From the NCBI GenBank assembly GCA_044342325.1, contig JBIIPZ010000007.1, forward strand, positions 1 through 64,000: DNA of 64,000 bases, in the 5' to 3' direction. A program made the position numbers and the translations under genes. This document shows positions 1 through 9,799 of this stretch, one piece after another (position 1 is the stretch's first letter; every line of letters starts with the position of its first letter). The notes beneath the pieces were generated by a model. It was not told where the DNA came from, did no database searches, and was given only the letters and a program-made list of their open reading frames with translations. Source of the DNA: Terrimicrobiaceae bacterium (GTDB lineage Bacteria; Verrucomicrobiota; Verrucomicrobiia; Chthoniobacterales; Terrimicrobiaceae).

Positions 1-32
1 CTTTTTTCTGCCAATCCCAGATTGATGGGATC

Positions 33-63
33 ATCCGTGCCCATCTGAGAAATCCGTGGTTAG
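33..63 (-). repeat. Isolated copy of a ~9-bp-periodic end repeat (CTAACCACGGATTTCTCAGATGGGCACGGAT on minus strand), related to the GxxExxY-flanking repeats
   Basis: Shares TAACCACGGA start and three-unit CACGGA-like layout with 28955-28985 and 29375-29405. Confidence 0.55.
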
Positions 64-308
64 TTCTTCTCCAACCGCGCCCCGCCCGTGGGTTGCTGAT
101 AAGCCGATCATCGCAGGAAATCCGAGACATTACCCGGCAATAGAAATGCAGAAACTCGGCGTCAAAACTCTCTCTCCAAGGCAAGTATTAGACTGCCTTC
201 AAAGTTGATAGTTTGCTGGGGGTAAGGTGCGGCAGCACCCATCGAAAACGTGTGGTGGGGATGCCAGGCCCTTGGCGTCCCAATTTTCAGCTGCGAAGCG
301 GCGTCTCA

Positions 309-410
309 GGGGGGTATGGCCGTCTCGGCCGTCCAGGCGCAAGGCGTGGTTTTTTTATCGATGAGGTTGCGGCGCAAGTGTCTTTCACGGTCGAGACGAC
401 CGCGCACCCT
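309..410. repeat. REP-like inverted doublet (family B)
   Basis: Hairpin ATGGCCG-TCT-CGGCCGT within 309-333 (+) and GCGGTCG-TCT-CGACCGT within 386-410 (-); same loop, compensatory stem change, both preceded by GGGT. Confidence 0.55.
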
Positions 411-442
411 TCTTTTTCGCTCGGCGGCGCCACGGCTCGCCC

Positions 443-2548
443 TCACGCAAACGGCACATAGTGCGGTTGCAGGACTGCGACCGAGCGGGATTGCAGCGGA
501 TACTCGGCCATGTGTGGAAAGACGCCCGCCTGCAGAGAGTTCGCGCTATCAGCTGTATCGAGCACAAGTGTCCACTCAACTTGCCCTTGGCGTGAGCCAA
601 GGCAAAAAGGCACCGCTGCATCCCCGGCATTCATCAGAATCAAAAACGAGTCGCCCCGCACCGGTTGACCGCGCTCATCGCACTCCACGATTTGGTCGCC
701 AAGAAGTCCCATGCCGAGGCAGCGCGCATGCGGGGAGTTCCAGTCGAGTTCGGACATCTCCATGCCGTCGGGGCGAATCCAGTATAAATCCTTGATGTCT
801 GTGCCATGGATCCTGCGTCCCTGGAAAAAATGCCTGCGCCGAAAGACGGGCTGCTTGCGTCTCAGGTCGATCAGGCGCCGCACAAAGTTGAGTTGAGCAC
901 GGTTTTCTTCATCCAGATTCCAGTCGAGCCACGAGATGGGGGAGTCCTGACAGTAGGCATTGTTGTTCCCTCCCTGTGTGCGGCCGAATTCATCCCCGGC
1001 CAGCAACATCGGGACGCCTTGAGAAAGGAAAAGTGAGCACAGAAAATTCTTCTGTTGCCGAAGCCTTAGGGTTTGAATCGCTGGGTCTGCGGATGGCCCC
1101 TCGACGCCGCAGTTCCAGCTGTCGTTTTGATCCGTTCCATCAGTATTCGAGTCCTGGTTTGCCTCATTGTGTTTGGTATTGAACGAAACCAAATCCGCGA
1201 GCGTGAACCCATCGTGGCAGGTTACAAAATTCAGGCTCGCATGCGGTCGGCGGCCATTATGCAGATACAGGTCGCTGCTGCCTGCGAGGCGCGTTGCCAA
1301 CTCGCCAACTGTCGCGCCGTCTCCTTTCCAAAACCTCCTCACGCAATCACGGTATCGACCATTCCACTCGCTCCAAAGGATCGGAAAATTCCCGACCTGG
1401 TATCCATTCGGCCCCAAATCCCACGGCTCGGCAATGAGCTTCACCTGCGACAACACAGGATCTTGGTGAATGATGTCAAAGAACGATCCGAGACGGTCCA
1501 CATCCCACAATTCCCGCGCCAGTGCACTGGCCAGATCAAAGCGAAATCCATCTACATGCATTTCCAAAACCCAGTATCGCAGCGAGTCCATGATGAGTTG
1601 CAGCACATGCGGCTGCGCCACATTGAGCGAGTTTCCGCATCCCGTGAAATCGATGTATCGGCTGCGGTCCTCAGCGAGACGGTAGTAGGAGGCATTGTCG
1701 ATGCCCCGCATGGACAGCACAGGTCCCGTGTGGTCGCCTTCGGCCGTGTGATTGTAAACCACATCCAAAATGACCTCGATGCCGGCTGCGTGCAGGGCGC
1801 GCACCATCTCCTTGAATTCGTTCACGGCATTTTCGGGGCCGCTCGAGCAATAGCGCGGCTCCGGTGCAAAGAAGCCGAGCGTGTTGTAGCCCCAGTAATT
1901 GACGAGTCCCGCATCGACCAGTCGCCCCTCATCGATGTGGTAGTGCACCGGAAGCAATTCGACCGCCGTGATGCCGAGGGATGTTAAGTGCTCGATCGCG
2001 GCAGGCGAGGCGAAGCCGGCATATGTGCCTCTCAGGTTTTCAGGCACGGCGGGATGTTGTTTTGTGAAGCCTTTCACATGCGCCTCATACACGATTGTCT
2101 CATGCCATGGAGTCGCCGGTGGGGCGGTCCCGTTCCAGTGAAATGAAGGGTCGCTAACCCTCCCAAGGGCAGCCGTGGCTGCGTTGTCCTGCAGGGGATC
2201 GGTGGTCGCAACGCTATGTGAGAAGGTCCGTGCGATGCTTTTTGCATAAGGATCCAGCAGGACTTTTTGCGGATTGAAGCAATGGCCCAAAGCTGGGTTC
2301 TCAGGGCCGTGCACCCGGTAGCCATAGATCAGTCCCGGACCGGCACCATGCAGATAGCCGTGCCAGACCTGGTTTGTTTTTTCCGGAAGGATAAGGCGGG
2401 CGCTCTCGATCACATCATTGGTGGAATCAAAGAGGCAAAGTTCCACAAGCGTGGCGTTCTCTGAAAAAATGGCAAAGTTCACACCGTCGCCGTCCCATGT
2501 CGCCCCCAGTGGTGAGGGACTTCCCGGCCAAGGAGAGTTCGATTTCAT
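443..2548 (-). CDS. glgX: Glycogen debranching enzyme GlgX (GH13)
   Basis: PLGATWDGDGVNFA, NYWGYNT, DVVYNHT, VDGFRFDLA, AEPWD, CHDGFTL motifs; start placed at MKSNSPW. Confidence 0.95.
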   Translation of the reverse strand: MKSNSPWPGSPSPLGATWDGDGVNFAIFSENATLVELCLFDSTNDVIESARLILPEKTNQVWHGYLHGAGPGLIYGYRVHGPENPALGHCFNPQKVLLDPYAKSIARTFSHSVATTDPLQDNAATAALGRVSDPSFHWNGTAPPATPWHETIVYEAHVKGFTKQHPAVPENLRGTYAGFASPAAIEHLTSLGITAVELLPVHYHIDEGRLVDAGLVNYWGYNTLGFFAPEPRYCSSGPENAVNEFKEMVRALHAAGIEVILDVVYNHTAEGDHTGPVLSMRGIDNASYYRLAEDRSRYIDFTGCGNSLNVAQPHVLQLIMDSLRYWVLEMHVDGFRFDLASALARELWDVDRLGSFFDIIHQDPVLSQVKLIAEPWDLGPNGYQVGNFPILWSEWNGRYRDCVRRFWKGDGATVGELATRLAGSSDLYLHNGRRPHASLNFVTCHDGFTLADLVSFNTKHNEANQDSNTDGTDQNDSWNCGVEGPSADPAIQTLRLRQQKNFLCSLFLSQGVPMLLAGDEFGRTQGGNNNAYCQDSPISWLDWNLDEENRAQLNFVRRLIDLRRKQPVFRRRHFFQGRRIHGTDIKDLYWIRPDGMEMSELDWNSPHARCLGMGLLGDQIVECDERGQPVRGDSFLILMNAGDAAVPFCLGSRQGQVEWTLVLDTADSANSLQAGVFPHMAEYPLQSRSVAVLQPHYVPFA

Positions 2549-2719
2549 GAGTGGGGGGCAAGTCCTCTTGCTCTGCGCGGTTCGATGTGAGGTGTTTCTT
2601 TGGTCATCTGTTCTGGCCATTCAGCAGATACCCGCCTGCCGTCTTGAGAAATGGGGTCTTGTCCGACCAAATGCTGTTTCCTCTTTGCGGCGCGGTGTGT
2701 GCGGAGTAATAGATTCCGC

Positions 2720-3190
2720 ATGATACCGATCCCCGAGCCCTTGCATCCTGCGGTTGTGCATTTTCCGATAGCTCTTTTGTTGGTTGGAGCTGGTTTGTCG
2801 CTTCTGGCTGTGGTTTTTCCGAGATGGATGCTGCCCACAGCCCTGATTCTCTTTCTCGGAGCCGCTGGAGCCGTCGTCGCCGTGCAAACCGGCGAGCGCG
2901 AGGAGCATCGCTTGCCCAAGACGACCGGCGAATTGCACGAGGCCTTTGAAAATCACGAACACGCCGGCAAGCGCGCCCGCAACTTCTCACTCGCTGCGGC
3001 ATCCCTCGCCGTGCTCACTGTTCTCTCAACCCGCTGGCGGTTTGTGAAACGCATCCTTGCAGGGGCCACTGCCGTGGTCGCACTCATGACCGCCTACCAT
3101 GTCGCTCAAGCCGGTCATTATGGCGGCGCATTGGTCTATGAACATGGCTTCGGCGTCGGGAAAACTCGCCAGACACAAAGCCATGACTGA
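2720..3190 (+). CDS. DUF2231-like membrane protein
   Basis: LHPAVVHFPIALL N-terminus, HEHAG, GHYGGALVYEHG; about four hydrophobic helices. Confidence 0.75.
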   Translation: MIPIPEPLHPAVVHFPIALLLVGAGLSLLAVVFPRWMLPTALILFLGAAGAVVAVQTGEREEHRLPKTTGELHEAFENHEHAGKRARNFSLAAASLAVLTVLSTRWRFVKRILAGATAVVALMTAYHVAQAGHYGGALVYEHGFGVGKTRQTQSHD

Positions 3191-4262
3191 CCTCACTCCC
3201 GGCGCGCAGATCGCTCTGACTGGTGAGTCCGAGCTGCCCTTGTCCACCACCTCTAAAAAAGGCCGCCGCACGCGCAGATTCGGCGTGGAGCAACATTCGC
3301 GCCCTCCGATGGCCCGCATGCTGCGCATTCACGATCTCATCAGCCGCAACGCGCATCCGAACTGCACCTCCATGGCGGTGGAGTTTGAGGTTTCTTGCAA
3401 GACGGTGATGCGAGACATCGATTTCATGCGGGATCAGATGCAGCTCCCGATCGCCTACAATGCTCTCAATCGCGGCTTCTGCTACACAAAGCCGGTCTCC
3501 GCTTTTCCGCAAATGACCATCACCGAGGGCGAGATCGTAGCACTCCTCGTAGCTCAGAAATCCCTCGAGCAATACAAGGGCACCGTCTTTGAGAAACCGC
3601 TGAAATCCGCCTTCCAAAAGATGACCTCCAACCTCGAGGAGGAGGGCTTCTTTTCCTTTCAGGATTTGAATGCCGCCATCTCGTTCCGCCCGGTTGGTTA
3701 CGCGATTCAGGAACTTCGCGTCTTCGATATCCTCTCCCAGGCCGTTCTGGAGCAGCGCACGGTGGAGTTCGATTACTTCAAGCTCACCGGTAAAAAAGCC
3801 GAGCGCCGCCGCGTGGAGCCCTACCACCTCGGCTGTATCGACAATCAGTGGTATCTCATCGGCAAGGACCTCGTCCGCGATGGCATTCGCACCTTCGCGC
3901 TCACCCGCCTGAGCAATCCGAAATTGCTGAAGTTCACTTTCCAGCGTCCGCAAAATTTCTCCATCGGCGACATGATGGCCTCGAGCTTCTCGGCCTTCGA
4001 GACGCCCAAGCCGACCCGCGTGGTCGTGCGCCTCGACGCCTTCGCCGCCCGCCTCGCCTCCGAACGCGTGTGGCACAAATCCCAAAAAATCAAACCCGTC
4101 GCCGGCGGCGGTGCCGAGCTCACCCTCGAAGTCGGCCTCGCTCCCGATCTGGAAAACTGGATTCTGGGGTGGGGGACGCACGCCAAGGTTCTCGAGCCCC
4201 ATGAGCTCTGCGAGCGCATCGCCTCCATCGCCCGCTCGATGGCGCTCCAATACAGTATTTGA
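3183..4262 (+). CDS. HTH + WYL domain transcriptional regulator (PafB/YafY-like)
   Basis: N-terminal wHTH (MAVEFEVSCKTVMRDIDFMR), RRVEPYHL, WYLIG, RTFALTRL, C-terminal WILGWG..VLEP; start uncertain. Confidence 0.9.
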   Translation: MTDLTPGAQIALTGESELPLSTTSKKGRRTRRFGVEQHSRPPMARMLRIHDLISRNAHPNCTSMAVEFEVSCKTVMRDIDFMRDQMQLPIAYNALNRGFCYTKPVSAFPQMTITEGEIVALLVAQKSLEQYKGTVFEKPLKSAFQKMTSNLEEEGFFSFQDLNAAISFRPVGYAIQELRVFDILSQAVLEQRTVEFDYFKLTGKKAERRRVEPYHLGCIDNQWYLIGKDLVRDGIRTFALTRLSNPKLLKFTFQRPQNFSIGDMMASSFSAFETPKPTRVVVRLDAFAARLASERVWHKSQKIKPVAGGGAELTLEVGLAPDLENWILGWGTHAKVLEPHELCERIASIARSMALQYSI

Positions 4263-4336
4263 ATTTTTTCCGTCGGAAACGGAATCGTCACACGCCGCTG
4301 GTTGTCGATCGGCTCCGTTCCGAGTCGCCTTGGCCA

Positions 4337-5854
4337 ATGACCAAAAGACATCTCGTTGCCTTCCTCGCCCTGCTCGTTTCCATACTTCCCGCACGGGTGT
4401 CGGGATTCTCCATCGTGTCCTACAATGTGGAGAACCTCTTTGATCTCGACGGCACCGCCAGCTACGAGGACTACAAACCCGATAAATACACGCCCCGCCA
4501 TCTTCTGGTGAAGGCCCGCAATGCTGCCAAAGTTCTCTCCACGGTGGATGCCGGACGAGGACCCGATGTGGTCATACTGAACGAAATCGAAATCGATCAA
4601 ACCCCTGACACCACAGCGCTGAAGGCTGCGGATTGGTTGGACTCGGTGAAAGGCCGCACGCTCGAAGAGGTTCTTTCCACATCCCCGCTGCCGCCGGAGA
4701 CCACCTCTCTGCCTGCCGAATTCTTCCTCCTCAAAGCTCTCGAAGACGCCGGCCTCGGGCGCTACCGCCTCGCGATTGCCGACGAGCCTCCCGGTTCCCA
4801 TGAAGACGGCCGCTCCCGCTCCGTCAAAAATGTCATCCTCTCGCGCTTCCCCATCACAGCCGTCAAAACCCACCACACGCTCAATGCCCGCGCCATTCTC
4901 GAAGCCCGACTCGATGTGAACGGGCATCCGCTCACCGTCTTTGCGAACCACTGGAAATCTGGTGCAGGTGATCCCGCCAACGAGCGCATCCGCATGGCCA
5001 ATGCCCAAACACTCCGCGATCGGTTGGACCACATTTTCAAGAAGGATCCCTCGTCGGATGTGATTCTGGCTGGGGATTTCAACTCCCACTACAACCAGAC
5101 GCTTCGCTATCCCGACTTCAAAAAATCCGCCATAAATGAAGTGCTCGGCTCGCAGGGCAACGAAGCCACCCTCGAAAGCGGCAAGGCGGATCTCTACAAT
5201 CTCTGGTTTGAACTCCCCGCCGAAAAACGCGGCAGCGATGTTTACCAGAACAAATGGGGAACGCTCATGCACCTCATCGTCTCGCGCGGCCTCTACGACA
5301 ACAAAGGCCTGCAATATGAAGACAACAGCTTTGAGGTCATAGCGGTTCCCGCCCTCAACGCTGATGCCCTCGGCCGCCCCCTCCGGTGGTCGCGCGGCAG
5401 CAATCCCGCCGGCTTCTCCGACCACTTCCCCGTCCTAGCCCGATTCCGCGTCGCCGACTCCAAGTCATCAAGCAAATGGATGCCGCTCACCAAGCCCTCC
5501 ACCGCCGACGCGGAAAATGTCCCGCCCGTTCGCGAAGTTTCCGCTGAGGAAATCTTCGCCAACGCCATCAATCCCGCCAACGAACCGCCCAACACCGATT
5601 TCCGCAAACCCGAATGGCTCGGCAAAGTCTTCCTCATCGACGCTCCCGCCACAGTCGGCAAACGCGGCGTGGTCTCCATCAATCTCAACGGCACCACCTA
5701 CAACCTCTTCAGCCCCGACAAAGACACCCGCGACCGCTTGCGCAACCTCGCAAACAGCGGCTCAAACCTCCGCTTCCACGCCCAGCTGAATATGTTCAAA
5801 GACGAGTGGCAATTCTTCCTGCCCAAAGCCGATTGGGTCATCGAAAACGATTAG
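4337..5854 (+). CDS. Secreted endonuclease/exonuclease/phosphatase (EEP) family protein
   Basis: Signal peptide, YNVENLFD, LNEIE, NHWKS, AGDFN, SDHFPV motifs; extra C-terminal domain. Confidence 0.88.
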   Translation: MTKRHLVAFLALLVSILPARVSGFSIVSYNVENLFDLDGTASYEDYKPDKYTPRHLLVKARNAAKVLSTVDAGRGPDVVILNEIEIDQTPDTTALKAADWLDSVKGRTLEEVLSTSPLPPETTSLPAEFFLLKALEDAGLGRYRLAIADEPPGSHEDGRSRSVKNVILSRFPITAVKTHHTLNARAILEARLDVNGHPLTVFANHWKSGAGDPANERIRMANAQTLRDRLDHIFKKDPSSDVILAGDFNSHYNQTLRYPDFKKSAINEVLGSQGNEATLESGKADLYNLWFELPAEKRGSDVYQNKWGTLMHLIVSRGLYDNKGLQYEDNSFEVIAVPALNADALGRPLRWSRGSNPAGFSDHFPVLARFRVADSKSSSKWMPLTKPSTADAENVPPVREVSAEEIFANAINPANEPPNTDFRKPEWLGKVFLIDAPATVGKRGVVSINLNGTTYNLFSPDKDTRDRLRNLANSGSNLRFHAQLNMFKDEWQFFLPKADWVIEND

Positions 5855-5887
5855 TCCTGCAACCCCGCGCGGCAGCGCGCAAACCTT

Positions 5888-6048
5888 TGGAGGGTCAACC
5901 TCCGGCTTGACCCAAGACTGAACGACTATGCCAGCACGCCGCATTGCGCCCATTACGCCGTGCGCCGCCACGACCGAGACAGCGACGCTTCCATAGGACG
6001 CCGCGTCGCGGCTGAAAAATGGGTCATGCGGGACGATGGACCCTCCCA
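5888..6048. repeat. REP-like inverted doublet (family C) between convergent genes
   Basis: TGGAGGGTCAA-CCTCCGGC-TTGACCC at 5888-5913 (+) and TGGGAGGGTCCATCGTCCCGCATGACCC at 6021-6048 (-). Confidence 0.45.
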
Positions 6049-6155
6049 GATTCACGAATTCGCGCTTCCGCGCGGGGGTGCGAAGAGGAGGCCGTGGATC
6101 TCTCAATCGTGAATTTTACCGGCGCCGAGTTCGAGGGGCACATTACCCACTTGCC

Positions 6156-6614
6156 TCAATGCGTGTGTGAGCAAATGCAGGCGTATTCGGCGTATTTGCA
6201 ATCGGGGCAATTCGAGAGGTTGAGCGTGAATTTTTCGACCATCGCTTTCGCATCTGGGCTGGTCTTGATTTGGACGACGACCGGGAAGTTGTTTCCCTCG
6301 GGGACTGTCTGCTCGGAGAGGAAGGTGGTGTCGGTTTTGGCGAAGGTCATTTTAACGGGGGCGGAGCGTTCGCCGGTGGTGACTGTGACGACTTGCTCGG
6401 CGGGCGCTATGGCTTTCTCGTTATCATCGACAAAGGTGATCTGGACTTTGCGGTCTGCCGTGACGAGGAATTCCGCGTGGGGTTCGATGGAGGTCAGGAT
6501 GCGACCGCCGTTTGGACCGGCTTCTTTCTTTTCGTGGCTATGGTTTGGCCCCGCGTGGAGCGTGAGGGAGCTAAGGATGGCGATGGCGAGTGGCAGGATG
6601 CGTGTGGTTTTCAT
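6156..6614 (-). CDS. Exported His/Cys-rich hypothetical protein at the end of the metal efflux operon
   Basis: Signal peptide, HSHEKKEAGPNGGR, C-terminal CPDC..EYACICSHTH. Confidence 0.8.
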   Translation of the reverse strand: MKTTRILPLAIAILSSLTLHAGPNHSHEKKEAGPNGGRILTSIEPHAEFLVTADRKVQITFVDDNEKAIAPAEQVVTVTTGERSAPVKMTFAKTDTTFLSEQTVPEGNNFPVVVQIKTSPDAKAMVEKFTLNLSNCPDCKYAEYACICSHTH

Positions 6615-6634
6615 GTTTGGGTGAGGTTGAGATT

Positions 6635-9600
6635 TTATTGTGAGGCAGCGGCTTGTCGCGTGATGGCGCGCAGGGCGGCTGATTTGGCGAATTTGTAAAA
6701 AATCAAAGGCGTAATCAGGAAATCCAAGAGTGTCGATGAAATGAGGCCTCCGACGATGACAACTGCGACCGGGTGCAGGATTTCTTTACCTGGCTCATTC
6801 GCGGCCAGAACAAACGGCAGGAGCGCTATGCCGGCGGAGAGGGCTGTCATGAGGACTGGAACCATCCGCTCCAGTGTGCCCCGTTCGACCATTTGGCGAG
6901 TGAATCCTTCGTCCTCGTGGCGCATGAGGTGCAGGTAGTGCGAGAGCATCATAATACCGTTTCGGGCGGCAATGCCTCCCACCGCTATGAATCCGACCAG
7001 TGTGGCGATGCTTATGTTGTCGATGAGCAGCCATGTAAGGACCAATCCTCCAAGGAGCGCGAGCGGGATGTTGAGCAAAACCTGGAGGGCCAGTGAGAGG
7101 CTTTGGAAATATCCGTAGAGCAGGAAGACGACTACTAAGAAAATGCCGAGGCTGAGAATGGCTATGCGCCAAGTGGCATCGCGCTGGGCTTGGAATTCGC
7201 CCTCGTAGGTGACGAAGTAGCCTTCGGGGAGCTTCACTTTCGCGGAAACCTCGCTCTGGAGCTTGTTCACAAGCGCGCCGACATCGCGCACGCTCGGCTT
7301 GATGGCGATGGTAAAGCGGCGCTGGCCATTTTCGCGGAAGATCACATTTGGCCCCTTGGCCTCGCGCACATCTGCCACGGCGCTCAGGGGAAAGTAACGA
7401 CTACTATCGGCTTGGATGGGAAGTTGGGCGATGCGTTCCGGCGAGTCCCGCCAGGCCAGAGGCAGGCGGAGCACAAGGTTGATGGCACGCTGATCCTCCC
7501 GCAGCTCGGCGATTTCCTTGCCCCCGATGAGTGTGCTCATGCGGTTATTGAGGTCTCCAGGTGCGATTCCATAGCTCGCGCAGCGTTCGCGGTCGGGCTC
7601 GATCCGCAGCTGCGGGATCAAGGATTGCTGGTCGAGTTTGGCATCCTCAAAACCGGGAATTTTCTTCGCGAGGGTTTGAATCTGCGTGCCGATATCTCGA
7701 AGGGTGTCGAGATCGGGGCCGAAGACCTTGATGGCCACGGGTGCGGAGACGCCGCTCATCATGTGCCCGATGCGGTCGGCAAGCGGGCCTCCGACAACAG
7801 CAAAAACGCCGGGAATCGACTTCACCCGGGCTCGGATGTCATCGAGAATTTCTTTGCGGGAGCGGTCCTTTTTTCCACTCCCTGCCGTGCGGAAGTCCAC
7901 ATCGAATTCGGCGGTCGAGACGGGAACCACATGGTCGCCGCGTTCCGCCCGCCCAAGGCGGCGCCCGACTTTCTGGACTTCGGGCACAGAGAGTATTTGC
8001 TCTTCGATGACATCCGAGATGCGGTTCATTTCATCAAGGGAAGTTCCAGGTGCTGATGTCGCCGCAATAAGCGCCGTCTCCTCTTTGAAGGAGGGGAGAA
8101 AATCCTTCCCCATTTTGGGGTAGAGGGAGAATGCCGCGAGCACGGCCAGTCCAAGCGCGGCCAAAACCGGCCAGGGATGCTCGAAGCTGATCCTCAGTGC
8201 GGTGGCCTGCAAAACCCGTTTCATGACTCGCACAATCCACGCGTCCTGATGAGCGACTGCTGGCTTGGGATTGAGAAGGAATGAGCAAAGGACCGGAATC
8301 AAAGTGAGGGATACCAGAAAAGAAGCCAGCATGCTGACGATGGTCGCCACGGCAATCGGCGTGAATAATTTTCCCTCAACACCTGTCAGCCCCAGCAAAG
8401 GAACGAAGACCAAAACGATGAGGAGTGTCGCGTAGAAGATGGAACTCCGCACTTCGCGCGAAGCGCGGGCGATAACTTGAAGGCGAGGCGCTGGCTCAGG
8501 TTGGGCGGCGTTCTCCCGCAGACGACGAAAGACATTTTCCACATCCACGATGGCGTCATCCACCACCATCCCAATAGCCACGGCCAACCCTCCGAGTGTC
8601 ATGGAATTCACTGAAATCCCAAACCACTGGAAGGTAAGCATCGTCATTCCGAAACTCATGGGAATGGCTGTGAGGGTGATGAATGTTGTTCGGAAATTCA
8701 GGAGGAACAAAACCAACACCAAAGTGACCATGATGGCTGCCTCGACGATGGCTTTTTTGAGATTTCCAATCGCATTGTCGATGAAATCTTTTTGCTGAAA
8801 AAGAACGATGGTCTCGACGCCTTTCGGTAAGCTTGGTGCGAGTTCTGCGAGGGCCGATTTCACTTTCCCAGTGAGGGCGCGCGTGTCGAATCCCTGCGCC
8901 TTTGTTAGGGACATGATGACGCCGTAGGTGGGAGTTTTTTCCGGGGCTTGGCTTATCGTCGCATCGCCGCGCATAGGCTCGATGCCCCAGACGACCTGCG
9001 CCACATCGGCAATGCGAACGGGTCGGTCGCCGATGCGTTTGATTGCCGTTTGCCCGATTGCGTCGAGATCGGTCGTCATGGCCAGATTGCGAACCATGAT
9101 CTCCGTGGCGCCGGTGCTCAGAAATCCACCAGTGCTGGTGTTCGCCGCATTGGCTGCCGCGAGTTCAAGTTCCGCAAGCGTGACCCCATAGGCCTGCATG
9201 CGATAAGGGTCGGGCTGAATCTCCACCTGACGAATGCCTCCGCCCATGTTGAGCACTTCCGCGACACCGGAGATGTTTTGGATGCGGCGCTTGATGGTCC
9301 AATCCGCGATCGATCGCACTTCGCTTGGAGTCAGATGTCCCGGCTCGCCATTGGGAATGGTAGATCTCACGCCAACGAGAAGGATTTCTCCCATGAGGGA
9401 AGCGGCGGGAGTCATGAACGGCTGAATCCCATTGGGTAGTTGCTCCCTCACGGTCTGCAGGCGCTCTTGCACGAGGAGCCGACTTTTTTGGAGATCGGAA
9501 TTCCAGTCGAACTCGGCGTAGACAAGCGAGAGCGAGACATCGGAATTCGATCGCAGGCGGGTCAATCCCGCAACTCCCATGAGTGCCGTCTCGATCGGTT

Positions 9601-9799
9601 GCGTCACGCGTGTTTCCACTTCCTCGGGAGCTAGTCCCGGAGCCTCGGTAAGAATGACAACGGTCGGCTTGGTGAGGTCGGGAAGCACTTCCACAGGCAG
9701 GCGGATTGCCGTGAAAATCCCAAGCACCAGAACGAGGGTAGAAATTCCCAACACGAGGCCGCGATGTGCCAGCGACCATTCGATAAGTCTATTTAGCAT
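6635..9799 (-). CDS. Heavy-metal efflux RND permease (CzcA/CusA/CnrA family)
   Basis: ~1050 aa, TEAPGLAPEEVE, TM4 GMVVDDAIVDVEN, PVLMTA; start placed at MLNRLIEW. Confidence 0.95.
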   Translation of the reverse strand: MLNRLIEWSLAHRGLVLGISTLVLVLGIFTAIRLPVEVLPDLTKPTVVILTEAPGLAPEEVETRVTQPIETALMGVAGLTRLRSNSDVSLSLVYAEFDWNSDLQKSRLLVQERLQTVREQLPNGIQPFMTPAASLMGEILLVGVRSTIPNGEPGHLTPSEVRSIADWTIKRRIQNISGVAEVLNMGGGIRQVEIQPDPYRMQAYGVTLAELELAAANAANTSTGGFLSTGATEIMVRNLAMTTDLDAIGQTAIKRIGDRPVRIADVAQVVWGIEPMRGDATISQAPEKTPTYGVIMSLTKAQGFDTRALTGKVKSALAELAPSLPKGVETIVLFQQKDFIDNAIGNLKKAIVEAAIMVTLVLVLFLLNFRTTFITLTAIPMSFGMTMLTFQWFGISVNSMTLGGLAVAIGMVVDDAIVDVENVFRRLRENAAQPEPAPRLQVIARASREVRSSIFYATLLIVLVFVPLLGLTGVEGKLFTPIAVATIVSMLASFLVSLTLIPVLCSFLLNPKPAVAHQDAWIVRVMKRVLQATALRISFEHPWPVLAALGLAVLAAFSLYPKMGKDFLPSFKEETALIAATSAPGTSLDEMNRISDVIEEQILSVPEVQKVGRRLGRAERGDHVVPVSTAEFDVDFRTAGSGKKDRSRKEILDDIRARVKSIPGVFAVVGGPLADRIGHMMSGVSAPVAIKVFGPDLDTLRDIGTQIQTLAKKIPGFEDAKLDQQSLIPQLRIEPDRERCASYGIAPGDLNNRMSTLIGGKEIAELREDQRAINLVLRLPLAWRDSPERIAQLPIQADSSRYFPLSAVADVREAKGPNVIFRENGQRRFTIAIKPSVRDVGALVNKLQSEVSAKVKLPEGYFVTYEGEFQAQRDATWRIAILSLGIFLVVVFLLYGYFQSLSLALQVLLNIPLALLGGLVLTWLLIDNISIATLVGFIAVGGIAARNGIMMLSHYLHLMRHEDEGFTRQMVERGTLERMVPVLMTALSAGIALLPFVLAANEPGKEILHPVAVVIVGGLISSTLLDFLITPLIFYKFAKSAALRAITRQAAASQ

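Noticed and set aside
186..211. TATTAGACTGCCTTCAAAGTTGATAG looks like an IS end
   Set aside because: No partner inverted repeat or transposase seen in the window
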